Notes under the pieces: model-generated
Database searches by the model: none
What the model was told of the DNA's origin: nothing
What the model saw: only the letters and a program-made list of their open reading frames with translations
Source of the DNA: an uncultured Eubacteriaceae bacterium
GTDB lineage: Bacteria; Bacillota; Clostridia; Eubacteriales; UBA1433
DNA: 41,156 bases
Direction of reading: 5' to 3'
Assembly (NCBI GenBank): GCA_937914785.1
Contig: CALGIV010000079.1
Coordinates: forward strand, 1 to 41,156
Position numbers and translations under genes: made by a program
In this document: in pieces, positions 20,292 through 28,827 of the stretch
Numbering within the stretch: position 1 is the stretch's first letter
Layout of the letters: each line of letters opens with the position of its first letter

Positions 20292-20630
20292 CTATTCTTT
20301 CTCTTTCAGCACGACAGTAATGTGTGATGTTCTGTGTACCAATGGATTTGCCCTGCCCCTGCTGCCGGCCTTATAGCGGCGCATCATCGTGCCCTGATTA
20401 GCCGACACCTGATATACAAATAAATTATCCGAATTCAAGTTATGATTATTTTCAGCATTTGCAGCTGCTGAATCCACTACTTTCTTCACCATCTTCGCGG
20501 CTTTGTTGTTTCTCGTAAATGTCAGAATATTCTGTGCATCCTTTAAGTCTTTGCCACGAATCAAGTCCACGACCCTCTTTGCTTTACTAGGCGAAATTCT
20601 CACATATTTTGCGGTTGCTCTTGCTTCCAT
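20292..20630 (-). CDS. rplV: 50S ribosomal protein L22 (uL22)
   Basis: ARATAKYVRISPSKAKRVVDLIRGK. Confidence 0.97.
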   Translation of the reverse strand: MEARATAKYVRISPSKAKRVVDLIRGKDLKDAQNILTFTRNNKAAKMVKKVVDSAAANAENNHNLNSDNLFVYQVSANQGTMMRRYKAGSRGRANPLVHRTSHITVVLKEKE

Positions 20631-20653
20631 ATTACTTATAATTCCCCTTTCAC

Positions 20654-20932
20654 CTATTTCATCTTCGTCTTTCTGTCGCCGGCATGGCCGCGGAAAGTTC
20701 GCGTTGGAGAAAACTCTCCAAGCTTATGTCCTACCATATCTTCTGTTATATATATGGGAACGTGCCTTCTGCCATCATGCACTGCGATCGTATGGCCTAC
20801 CATCTGCGGAAAGATCGTCGAGTTACGCGACCAGGTCTTCAAGACGTTTTTCTTGCCTGATTCGTTCATCTCTCCTACTCTTTTCAAAAGCTTCGCATCG
20901 ACGTACGGGCCCTTTTTCATGCTTCTGCTCAT
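20654..20932 (-). CDS. rpsS: 30S ribosomal protein S19 (uS19)
   Basis: [12 protein letters not shown]...[29 protein letters not shown]. Confidence 0.97.
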   Translation of the reverse strand: MSRSMKKGPYVDAKLLKRVGEMNESGKKNVLKTWSRNSTIFPQMVGHTIAVHDGRRHVPIYITEDMVGHKLGEFSPTRTFRGHAGDRKTKMK

Positions 20933-20955
20933 ATTTTATCTCCTCTGCTCCCTTC

Positions 20956-21789
20956 CTACTTCTTGTGCCTTCTTCTGACGATATACTTATCCGAGGGTTT
21001 GTTTTTCTTCCTCGTCTTATACCCCAGCGTCGGTTTACCCCAGGGAGTGACAGGCGCCGGACGCCCAATCGGTGATTTGCCTTCCCCACCGCCGTGCGGA
21101 TGATCCACTGGGTTCATTACGACCCCGCGCACCCCGGGACGAATGCCCATATGCCTGCTTCTGCCGGCTTTACCGATTCTGATATTTTCAACATCCAGGT
21201 TCCCTACCTGACCGATCGTCGCGCGGCATTCTTTGCGTACGAGGCGAACTTCTCCGCTCGGCAGGCGCAACGTCGCATATTGGCCTTCTTTCGCCATTAA
21301 CTGCGCAAACGTTCCTGCTGAGCGCACCATCTGCGCACCTTTTCCGCTCTTCATCTCGACGTTGTGCACGACTGTACCGACCGGAATATTTTCCAGCGGC
21401 AGCGCATTGCCTACTTTGATGTCGGCATTTACGCCCGATTCCACCTTGTCGCCCACTTTCAATCCGTTCGGCGCCAGGATGTATCTTTTCTCACCATCCG
21501 CATAAAACAACAATGCGATGTTGGCGCTTCGGTTCGGGTCGTATTCAATCGCCTTTACCGTTGCCGGAATCCCGTCTTTATTTCTTTTAAAATCAATGAT
21601 CCTGTATTTTCTTTTTTCGCCGCCGCCCTGATGTCTTACCGTAATACGGCCATATACGTTTCGACCGCCTTTTTTGCTCAGACTTGTCGTCAGCGCTTTT
21701 TCCGGCGTCGTCTTCGTGATCTCTTCAAACGTAGACACTGTCATATTTCTTCTGCCCGGCGAGGTCGGCTTATATTTTTTAACACCCAT
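20956..21789 (-). CDS. rplB: 50S ribosomal protein L2 (uL2)
   Basis: [14 protein letters not shown]...[14 protein letters not shown]. Confidence 0.97.
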   Translation of the reverse strand: MGVKKYKPTSPGRRNMTVSTFEEITKTTPEKALTTSLSKKGGRNVYGRITVRHQGGGEKRKYRIIDFKRNKDGIPATVKAIEYDPNRSANIALLFYADGEKRYILAPNGLKVGDKVESGVNADIKVGNALPLENIPVGTVVHNVEMKSGKGAQMVRSAGTFAQLMAKEGQYATLRLPSGEVRLVRKECRATIGQVGNLDVENIRIGKAGRSRHMGIRPGVRGVVMNPVDHPHGGGEGKSPIGRPAPVTPWGKPTLGYKTRKKNKPSDKYIVRRRHKK

Positions 21790-21820
21790 CGTCTTCTACC
21801 TCCATTTATCCTGCACAACC

Positions 21821-22108
21821 CTACATGTTTTCAAAGAGCTTGATTTCTTTGCTGTCCGGCTTCAGTTTTACGATGGCCTTTTTCCAGCTTGCTCTTCTGC
21901 CTTGCGTACGGCCCAGTCTTTTGAGTTTCCCCTGCATATTCATCACGCTCACCTTGTCTACCTTCACATCAAAGATCGCCTCAACAGCATCTTTGATCTG
22001 ATACTTGTTCGCGTTTTTGTCTACTTTAAACGTGTACTTCTTTTCTTCAGACTGTTCCATCGTTCTTTCCGTAATAAGCGGTTTAATAACAATATCGTGA
22101 GGATTCAT
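21821..22108 (-). CDS. rplW: 50S ribosomal protein L23 (uL23)
   Basis: MNPHDIVIKPLITE. The track start at 22114 is a TTG. The ATG at 22108 overlaps the rplD stop (TAATG) and lies 8 nt after GAGGAGG. Confidence 0.95.
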   Translation of the reverse strand: MNPHDIVIKPLITERTMEQSEEKKYTFKVDKNANKYQIKDAVEAIFDVKVDKVSVMNMQGKLKRLGRTQGRRASWKKAIVKLKPDSKEIKLFENM

Positions 22109-22728
22109 TAACAATACACCTCCTCAATTTCCTTCAACGAATCTTTCGTCAGAATTAAATAATCATATTTTAACATATCGTATGTGTTCAGCGTATTCAC
22201 CAGAGAAGTGGCCACTTTGGGGATATTGTTCGCAGACTTGACCACATTTGTATCCTTCTCGTCCAACACGATCAACGCTTTCGGCGCATTCAACGCTTTC
22301 AGCGCTGCGACCATCTCCTTCGTCTTCGGCTCCGTAAAATCAAATTTGTCGACAACAATCAGTTCCTTGTCGTTATATTTTGCGGAAAACACACTCTTCA
22401 TTGCAAGTCTTCTCATCTTCTTGTTCACACTTTGAGAATAGTCCCTCGGCTTTGGCGCAAAGATCACGCCACCGCCTGTAAACAACGGATTGCGCAGCGA
22501 ACCGGTGCGCGCACGTCCCGTCCCCTTTTGCCTCCAGGGTTTTCTGCCGCCACCGCGCACTTCACTTCTCGTTTTGGTCGATTGCGTTCCCTGACGCTTG
22601 TTCGCCAGCTGCGCGACAACAACCTGATGCACAACGGCTTCATTGGGCTCAATGCCAAATATATCGTCTTTTAACGAGACTTCCTCAACTTTTTCACCTT
22701 TAATATTCAATACATCTATTTTAGGCAT
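22108..22728 (-). CDS. rplD: 50S ribosomal protein L4 (uL4)
   Basis: SEVRGGGRKPWRQKGTGRARTGS. Confidence 0.97.
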   Translation of the reverse strand: MPKIDVLNIKGEKVEEVSLKDDIFGIEPNEAVVHQVVVAQLANKRQGTQSTKTRSEVRGGGRKPWRQKGTGRARTGSLRNPLFTGGGVIFAPKPRDYSQSVNKKMRRLAMKSVFSAKYNDKELIVVDKFDFTEPKTKEMVAALKALNAPKALIVLDEKDTNVVKSANNIPKVATSLVNTLNTYDMLKYDYLILTKDSLKEIEEVYC

Positions 22729-22767
22729 TTGTTATTCTCCTTCCTGTCTGCTCTTTCAATGCAGCGC

Positions 22768-23391
22768 TTACTTCACAGTCTGTCTGATCATTACCACGCT
22801 GCCGCGGCTTCCCGGAACTGCACCCTTTACGAGCATTACATTCATCTCTTCATCCACTCTGATAACTTCAAGATTCTGCACTGTCGAGCGCACGTTACCC
22901 ATTTGTCCCGGAAGTTTTTTACCTTTGCGCACCCTCGCCGGCGTCGCAGCCGCGCTCATCGCACCGGCACCGCGATGATATTTGGAACCGTGCGACATCG
23001 GGCCGCGGCCAAAGCCATGCCGTTTGATCGCACCCTGAAAGCCCTTTCCCTTGCTCGTGCCGGTAATATCGACTTTATCTCCAGTCTCAAAGATGCCGAC
23101 TTTCACTTCGTCACCGAGGTTATATTCCGACGCATCTTCAAATTTCGCTTCCTTGATAATCCTCTTCGGCTCTACGCCCGCTTTGTCATAATGACCTTTC
23201 TGCGGCTTGTTTACATTCTTTTTCTTGTCTTCATAAGCCAGCTGTACCGCTTCATACCCATCGTTTTCAACCGTTTTAACTTGAACGACAGAACACGGTC
23301 CGGCTTTTATTACGGTAACGGGCACCATCGTGCCGTCTTCATTAAATACCTGGGTCATCCCCAATTTGGTTCCGATAATTGCCTTTTTCAT
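22768..23391 (-). CDS. rplC: 50S ribosomal protein L3 (uL3)
   Basis: [16 protein letters not shown]. The track ORF extends to 23433, but the ATG at 23391 follows GGAGGA and gives the canonical N-terminus. Confidence 0.95.
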   Translation of the reverse strand: MKKAIIGTKLGMTQVFNEDGTMVPVTVIKAGPCSVVQVKTVENDGYEAVQLAYEDKKKNVNKPQKGHYDKAGVEPKRIIKEAKFEDASEYNLGDEVKVGIFETGDKVDITGTSKGKGFQGAIKRHGFGRGPMSHGSKYHRGAGAMSAAATPARVRKGKKLPGQMGNVRSTVQNLEVIRVDEEMNVMLVKGAVPGSRGSVVMIRQTVK

Positions 23392-23439
23392 TCTTTTCTT
23401 TTCCTCCTGCTTAGCGGATTGCCCATCCGGCAATCATAA

Positions 23440-23748
23440 TTACAGTTTGACTTCAATGTCTACGCCTGCCGGCAAATCCAGTTTCATCAACGCGTCAACT
23501 GTCTTTTGCGTCGGATTCAAAATATCGATCAGACGCTTGTGCGTCCTTACTTCGAATTGCTCTCTGGAATCTTTATACTTGTGCACCGCGCGCAAAATCG
23601 TAACTACTTCGCGTTCTGTCGGTAGCGGGATCGGCCCCGATACTTCTGCATTCGTTCTCTTTGCCGTCTCAACGATCTTCTTTGCCGATTGATCGATGAG
23701 CATGTGGTCGTAGGCTTTCAGCCTGATTCTGATTTTCTGTGCTGCCAT
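23440..23748 (-). CDS. rpsJ: 30S ribosomal protein S10 (uS10)
   Basis: [31 protein letters not shown]. First gene of the S10 operon, with AGGAGGAAAAAGAA upstream of the ATG. Confidence 0.97.
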   Translation of the reverse strand: MAAQKIRIRLKAYDHMLIDQSAKKIVETAKRTNAEVSGPIPLPTEREVVTILRAVHKYKDSREQFEVRTHKRLIDILNPTQKTVDALMKLDLPAGVDIEVKL

Positions 23749-23939
23749 TCTTTTTCCTCCTAAAAAACCATTTTCGTTTTTCGGAGCGACTCACCTGTAC
23801 GCACCCGGGTGTTCACCGGCGTTTTTTTTATAAACTCTCTCGTACAGATATTTCGTTCGCCCGATTCCTTTTGCGGACATACTCCGCGGAAACTACCCAC
23901 CGAAGTGGCAACCTTCCGCATCTTCGCATAAATTCACAG

Positions 23940-24010
23940 CTTATAAAGCATATAACACTTTTTTTTAAATTGCAAGTTTTTTTTCATTTTTTTTCAAAAT
24001 TTTTATTGAA
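23940..24010 (-). promoter_or_regulatory. Candidate S10-operon promoter with an A-tract UP-like element
   Basis: On the minus strand: TTGCAA (23975-23970), a 15-nt spacer, then TG-n-TATATG (23954-23949). Alternative reading is TTTAAA-N18-TATAAG. It is preceded by AATAAAAATTTTGAAAAAAAATGAAAAAAAAC. The spacing is sub-optimal, so this is tentative. Confidence 0.35.
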
Positions 24011-24211
24011 TGTGGCATAAAGTGAATTTACTTAAACCACTTCAACGTGAAATCAAAGAAGAAGTATATCACACACCCTCTTTCGGGACATCTGAAACAA
24101 TTTGCCGAAACCCGCATAATAACTTTCACAGCATCCCGCAAACCTGTGCTATCTCCAACAGAACGCTTCTTTTTCTTGACATCCTTTCAAAACATTGCTA
24201 TATCATCAAAA

Positions 24212-25450
24212 TTATTGGTTGGATAAATGCTGCACAAGCTTTGCCCAAACTTGCCCCGTCGCAACAAAATCACTGTAATGCCTGCGAACATTTCGATGAT
24301 AATACTCCAGCTCATCCAAGACTTTCATAAAATCAGGATTATCAAAATACGCACACATCTTAGGTAAAGAAACAGAAAGCTGATTGCGCATTTCGGATAT
24401 TTTAACATCGTATCGGTCGGGGTCTACGATATATAACAGCAATGGTTTATAACGAATCCAACCGATACATGCTTTGTAAAAGCGGGTTATGACAGCATCG
24501 GAATCGGCTTTTATTTTTTGTAAAGATATTGGCAAAACGCCGTTCATCAATGGGACGTAAAGAGAAAACGCATCATGAAATGTATAACAGGGCACGCGCA
24601 ACACTTTATTATCGCTCAGACAAGTGCTAAGAAAAGTATCTTCACCACGTGCTTTGGGCGGGTTATAAAATGGATGCACACGGGCGGGATTCGTTAAATT
24701 GATACATAAGTTTGAACCTGAAATGAATTTAGCACCATTTACTTCTTCAACTTCCTCAACCGCGTCTGTGATTAAAACACTTTTATCAGCATAGGTAACC
24801 CCACCATTTTCCATCACGGATTTAATCTTGTCCCAATTGATAATATCATTGCTGATTGCTTCAATAAATAATCGAAAGTCATTTTCAGTTAAAATGTCGT
24901 TAAACGAAATTTGAGGTATAGGAGATATGTATCCGCAGTGATGTCCATTCGTAATATCGGCATTACCAATATGCTCAAGATGCGTGCTTAATATATGTTG
25001 TCCGCCCCAAAGAACTGTTTTCCGAGAATTGGTAACTGCCATCGGGTATTCGTCATCATCAAGAAAAAGCAGATAATCTACGTTGTTTTTCAAAGCAAAA
25101 TACAGTATTGCATTCCTCTTGCCTGCATAACCTCTGGTGAAAAAAAGATTCGCTTCATTTTTATTAAGAACGCCGGCAGAAAGCAGCTCCTCTATTTCTC
25201 GTCGTATAGACCCGGCCCCGATAAAACAAGTATCATCTATGAGGTCTGTCAACCTTTCACTCACATTTATGTAATCGGATGTTTTTGTATTGGAATATTT
25301 CAGATCATAGGCAATAAACAAATTCAACGTGATGTTCTCTTTATCGGTTAAACCACTTTCCCGCCAATTGTAAATGTTTGTTTTTAAAACTGTTTGAAAA
25401 CTTTTCCGCCCTGTCGCAAATCCAATGCCCAGCTTAACATTCTTCTTCAT
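24212..25450 (-). CDS. Uncharacterised GT-A-fold glycosyltransferase-like protein (DxD motif), orphan
   Basis: 412 aa with SD AAGGAGA 4 nt before the ATG. GYAGKRNAILYFALKNNVDYLLFLDDDEYP fits the GT-A pattern G-x-G/K-x-A-(x)n-hydrophobic strand-D-x-D. Later segments FISGSNLCINL and ARGEDTFLS resemble distal GT-A/GT75-like motifs. The family could not be assigned without a search. Confidence 0.45.
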   Translation of the reverse strand: MKKNVKLGIGFATGRKSFQTVLKTNIYNWRESGLTDKENITLNLFIAYDLKYSNTKTSDYINVSERLTDLIDDTCFIGAGSIRREIEELLSAGVLNKNEANLFFTRGYAGKRNAILYFALKNNVDYLLFLDDDEYPMAVTNSRKTVLWGGQHILSTHLEHIGNADITNGHHCGYISPIPQISFNDILTENDFRLFIEAISNDIINWDKIKSVMENGGVTYADKSVLITDAVEEVEEVNGAKFISGSNLCINLTNPARVHPFYNPPKARGEDTFLSTCLSDNKVLRVPCYTFHDAFSLYVPLMNGVLPISLQKIKADSDAVITRFYKACIGWIRYKPLLLYIVDPDRYDVKISEMRNQLSVSLPKMCAYFDNPDFMKVLDELEYYHRNVRRHYSDFVATGQVWAKLVQHLSNQ

Positions 25451-25502
25451 TTGCGTCTCCTTTTTTATTTTGAGTATAGTATTATTTTGTCGAATACAAT
25501 AT

Positions 25503-25508
25503 ATTATA
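25503..25508 (-). promoter_or_regulatory. Candidate extended -10 (TGtTATAAT) for the GT-A-like gene
   Basis: On the minus strand, TTTTGTGTTATAAT lies immediately after the ATPase terminator, about 50 nt upstream of the ATG at 25450. No good -35 is present. Confidence 0.4.
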
Positions 25509-25543
25509 ACACAAAAGGCAGTTGCCCTGTTTGCAACTGCCTT
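25508..25543 (-). terminator. Rho-independent terminator of the csoR-ATPase operon
   Basis: Minus-strand RNA is AAGGCAGUUGC-AAACAGG-GCAACUGCCUU (11-bp perfect stem) followed by UUGUGUU. Confidence 0.85.
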
Positions 25544-25603
25544 GACAGGCTGAATAAAACCTGTTTTATATCTACCTTAAAACTATCTTCTAATACAAAT
25601 ATT

Positions 25604-27700
25604 TCAAAATTCATTTTTACAGTTTATGGAAAATTTTTCTACCCTGTAATCCTGCGTGCCCGTACGGCATTCAGCGAAGCAATCAGCGATACCGACATCG
25701 GCGAAAATAGCAGTCAGCATACCCGTCACACCAAACAGCGTCAGAACCATAATGGCGAACTTGATCCCAAGCACAAAGATGATATTTTCCGTGGCGACGC
25801 GGTGCGTCTTCTTCGCCCCCTTCACAGCGGTGACAAGGGCGCTCAAGTCATCCTTTAAGATGACGCAGTCGGCGGATTCAATAGCCGCGTCAACCCCTTT
25901 TTCACCCATCGCAATACCGACGTCGGCCAGAGCCAAAACAGGTGCATCGTTCATACCGTCGCCGACATAAAGAGTATTTTTCTTACTACCAGCCATAATT
26001 TCTTCCAACCGCGCAGTCTTATCCTGCGGCAGCAGTCCGGCATAATATTGGTCGATACCGGCTTCTTCGGCAACTGCGGCCGCCGTTTGAACATTATCAC
26101 CCGTGAGCATAATCGTCTTTTGGATGCCCAGCTTCCTTAGCGCCGCAATGGCCTCCGGCGTCGTCGGGCGAATGCTGTCGCGAATAAGAATCCGGCCGAA
26201 AAAGACGCCGCCAACCGCTGTGTAAACGACCGTACCCACAGCATCCGATACCGGGCAGTCGATACTGTAATGTTGCATCAGTTTGTAGTTGCCCGCTAAG
26301 ATTTCCGTGCCGTTGCTGATGCAGCGAATGCCCAGGCCGGCAAGTTCGCTGTACTCGTCAATCGGTTCCTGTTCCGCATCATACAAGCTTGCGATATGCT
26401 TCGCGATCGGATGATGAGAGTTTTGCTCTGCAATGGCCGTATAGCGAATCAGCGCGTCGGCTTCAATGCCGTCGGCGGGCAGGATGTCGGCGACTTCGAA
26501 ATTGCCTTTTGTCAAAGTACCGGTTTTATCAAACACGGCTGTGTCCACATTCGCCAGCGTATCCAAATAATTGCCGCCTTTGATAAGAATGCCGTTTTTC
26601 GCGCTGCCGCCGATTCCGCTGATATAAGTGATTGGAATCGAGATGACGAGCGCACAGGGGCACGATACCAGCAGGAAGGACAACGCTTTGTAAATCCAAT
26701 CCACAAATGCACCGAGTCCAAACAACGGCGGGACGACGGCGACGAGCACAGCGATTAAGACGACAATAGGCGTGTAGACGCGCGCAAATTTGGTGATGAA
26801 GTTTTCGCTTTTTGCTTTCTTTTCGTTGGCATGCTGAATCAAATCGAGAATTTTCGCCACAGCGGACTGGCTGTAAGGGCGCGTCACTTCGACTTCAAGC
26901 AGCCCCATTTGATTGATACAGCCGGACAGCAGTTCCATACCGACCTCAACGCCGACCGGCTCACTCTCCCCGGTCAGAGCGGAAGTATCGATAAACGAAT
27001 GTCCTTTGACGACGACGCCGTCCAACGGAATGCGCTCGCCGGGGTTCACCATAATAATATTACCGACTTCAACGCTGCCGGGGCTTACCCGACTGACGCT
27101 GTCGCCTGTTTTCAAGTTGGCATATTCAGGCCGGATATCCATCAGCTCCTCAACGCGGCGCAGCGATTTATCGGTCGCAGAATCCTGCAGCGTTTCGCCG
27201 AGGTTAAATAAGAACATAACGAGTGCGGCTTCCATAAACTCGCCAAGGAAGAACGCGCCGATCGTCGCAATCGACATCAGAAAGTTCTCATCAAAAACCT
27301 TTCCTTTGATCAGGTTTTTCGCAGCGGCACGCAGTGTTGGAAACCCGTTGATTAAAAACGCACCGATATACAAAATATTTTTAGCCAGCCTTGGAATCGG
27401 CAGCAGAATGCCGCCGAGAATCAGCGCGAGAGAAATACCAAAAATCAGATATTTTGTCTTTGGAGATGTGGTGCGGGCATGCGTATGCTCGCCGCCGCAA
27501 TCACAGTTTACCTCAAACGTCAATTTGTCGACAGGTTCAGATATATGATGTTCAGAATTACAGCCGCAGGCAGGCGCCGTATCCTGCGCTGAATGTTGAT
27601 GATTCTCTCCATCGCAACCACAGTCGCTATGTTGTATTTCAGCTCGCTTGCTGGTGCATACGGCACACGAACAAGTAGAACTGTAAAGATGTGCTGACAT
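25604..27700 (-). CDS. P1B-2-type (Zn/Cd/Pb-class) heavy-metal P-type ATPase; the 3' end appears frameshifted
   Basis: Motifs DKTGTLT, TGDN, GDGMNDAP. TM6 is CPCALVISIP (CPC-x4-S-x-P), TM7 is N-IIFVLGI-K (N-x7-K) and TM8 is A-D-V-G (DxG), which together are the P1B-2 signatures. The Cys/His-rich N-terminus replaces an HMA domain. SD GGAGGAAG is present. The last ~30 aa of the annotated frame look non-homologous (see findings). Confidence 0.88.
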   Translation of the reverse strand: MSAHLYSSTCSCAVCTSKRAEIQHSDCGCDGENHQHSAQDTAPACGCNSEHHISEPVDKLTFEVNCDCGGEHTHARTTSPKTKYLIFGISLALILGGILLPIPRLAKNILYIGAFLINGFPTLRAAAKNLIKGKVFDENFLMSIATIGAFFLGEFMEAALVMFLFNLGETLQDSATDKSLRRVEELMDIRPEYANLKTGDSVSRVSPGSVEVGNIIMVNPGERIPLDGVVVKGHSFIDTSALTGESEPVGVEVGMELLSGCINQMGLLEVEVTRPYSQSAVAKILDLIQHANEKKAKSENFITKFARVYTPIVVLIAVLVAVVPPLFGLGAFVDWIYKALSFLLVSCPCALVISIPITYISGIGGSAKNGILIKGGNYLDTLANVDTAVFDKTGTLTKGNFEVADILPADGIEADALIRYTAIAEQNSHHPIAKHIASLYDAEQEPIDEYSELAGLGIRCISNGTEILAGNYKLMQHYSIDCPVSDAVGTVVYTAVGGVFFGRILIRDSIRPTTPEAIAALRKLGIQKTIMLTGDNVQTAAAVAEEAGIDQYYAGLLPQDKTARLEEIMAGSKKNTLYVGDGMNDAPVLALADVGIAMGEKGVDAAIESADCVILKDDLSALVTAVKGAKKTHRVATENIIFVLGIKFAIMVLTLFGVTGMLTAIFADVGIADCFAECRTGTQDYRVEKFSINCKNEF

Positions 27701-27713
27701 AACTTCTTCCTCC

Positions 27714-27983
27714 TTATTTTATTTTCAAATACTGTTCCAACGCAATTTTAAGCTGTTTAACAGTATCTTCCTCATTGCCGTATTTAATACCGTTGACGAC
27801 ACAGTGTTCCACGTGGTGCTGCATCACGATTTTCGCCACAGACATTAGTGAACCGTTAACGGCAGAAATTTGCGTTAGAATATCGACACAGTCGCGGTCC
27901 TGTTCAATCATCTTGGCAATGCCCTTTACCTGACCTTCAATTTTGGCCAGGCGCGCGAGCAATCCTTTGCTTTCTTCAGTCAT
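27714..27983 (-). CDS. CsoR/RcnR-family (DUF156) metal-sensing transcriptional repressor
   Basis: LARLAKIEGQVKGIAKMIEQDRDCVDILTQISAV...QHHVEHCV. Cys32, His57 and Cys61 have the same spacing as the Cu(I) ligands Cys36/His61/Cys65 of M. tuberculosis CsoR. The gene ends 13 nt upstream of the ATPase start. Confidence 0.9.
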   Translation of the reverse strand: MTEESKGLLARLAKIEGQVKGIAKMIEQDRDCVDILTQISAVNGSLMSVAKIVMQHHVEHCVVNGIKYGNEEDTVKQLKIALEQYLKIK

Positions 27984-28010
27984 CTTATTTCCTCTTTCGT
28001 TTTTATACTA

Positions 28011-28029
28011 TATACCCCTATTGGGTATA
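28011..28029. promoter_or_regulatory. CsoR-type operator (GC-tract inverted repeat)
   Basis: TATACCC-CTATT-GGGTATA is a perfect 7-bp inverted repeat of the ATACCC..GGGTAT type described for CsoR operators. It lies 3 nt downstream of the -10 box. Confidence 0.7.
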
Positions 28030-28032
28030 ATC

Positions 28033-28061
28033 ATTATATGACTCTGTTTCGAAAAAGTCAA
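28033..28061 (-). promoter_or_regulatory. Sigma-A-type promoter of the csoR-ATPase operon
   Basis: On the minus strand: TTGACT (28061-28056), a 17-nt spacer, then TATAAT (28038-28033). Confidence 0.65.
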
Positions 28062-28214
28062 TATTTTTTAATGAAATAACATTTTGCCCGCTATTCGTAA
28101 AAAGGAATGCGTATTTACAATTTTTTACGTATAAATTTTCCACCGATGCAAAAACTGAATGTGAAAATGATTAGCAGGCCGAAGCTATGGAAAAAAGAAC
28201 AACGGAGGAAGTAT

Positions 28215-28757
28215 ATGAAAGCTACAGGCATTGTAAGAAGAATTGACGACTTGGGGCGCGTAGTCATCCCGAAAGAAATCAGGCGCACGATGCGCATTCG
28301 CGAAGGCGAACCATTGGAAATCTTTACAGAAAAAGACGGGGAGTTGATCCTGCGCAAATATTCACCAGTTGGCGAAATCAGCGAAGTCAGTGCGGAATGC
28401 GCGGAAGCGGTTGCCCAGATCACAAAACGGACCTGCCTGATTACGGATAAAGAAAAGATTGTCGCCTACAGCGGCAATCATAAAAAAGAGTATGTCGACA
28501 AAGAGATCAGCAAAGAGGCGGAAGAAATTTTAAGCGGACGCAAGAGTCGCCTGTTCAATGTGGAAGATGTCAAAATTCCGATTACGTCTAATGATGAACG
28601 CAAACATTATTCGCAGGTGTTTTCACCAATCCTCGTCTACGGTGAAGCGATGGGAATGGTCGTCATTATGGATGACGATACGGAAGACGAGATGACGGAC
28701 ACGGAAGTGTCGATGGCCAATATGACAGCGCTGTTTTTCGGAAAGCAGATGGAATAA
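28215..28757 (+). CDS. spoVT: Stage V sporulation protein T (AbrB-family N-domain plus GAF-like C-domain)
   Basis: MKATGIVRRIDDLGRVVIPKEIRRTMRIREGEPLEIF is the SpoVT/AbrB swapped-hairpin domain; the protein is 180 aa. The ATG at 28215 lies 6 nt after GGAGG; the track start at 28107 lacks an SD. Confidence 0.9.
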   Translation: MKATGIVRRIDDLGRVVIPKEIRRTMRIREGEPLEIFTEKDGELILRKYSPVGEISEVSAECAEAVAQITKRTCLITDKEKIVAYSGNHKKEYVDKEISKEAEEILSGRKSRLFNVEDVKIPITSNDERKHYSQVFSPILVYGEAMGMVVIMDDDTEDEMTDTEVSMANMTALFFGKQME

Positions 28758-28797
28758 GAAAACCGTGTCGTTTCATAAACCTGATAAAATGTACTTT

Positions 28798-28827
28798 AAC
28801 GGCATAGCTTTAGCTATGCCGTTTTTT
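28798..28827 (+). terminator. Rho-independent terminator of spoVT
   Basis: AACGGCATAGC-TTTA-GCTATGCCGTT (11-bp stem) followed by TTTT. Confidence 0.85.

Noticed and set aside
24010-24330. 106-aa plus-strand ORF spanning the rpsJ upstream region and the 3' end of the GT-A-like gene.
   Set aside because: No SD, it overlaps a better-supported gene on the other strand, and its composition looks unprotein-like.
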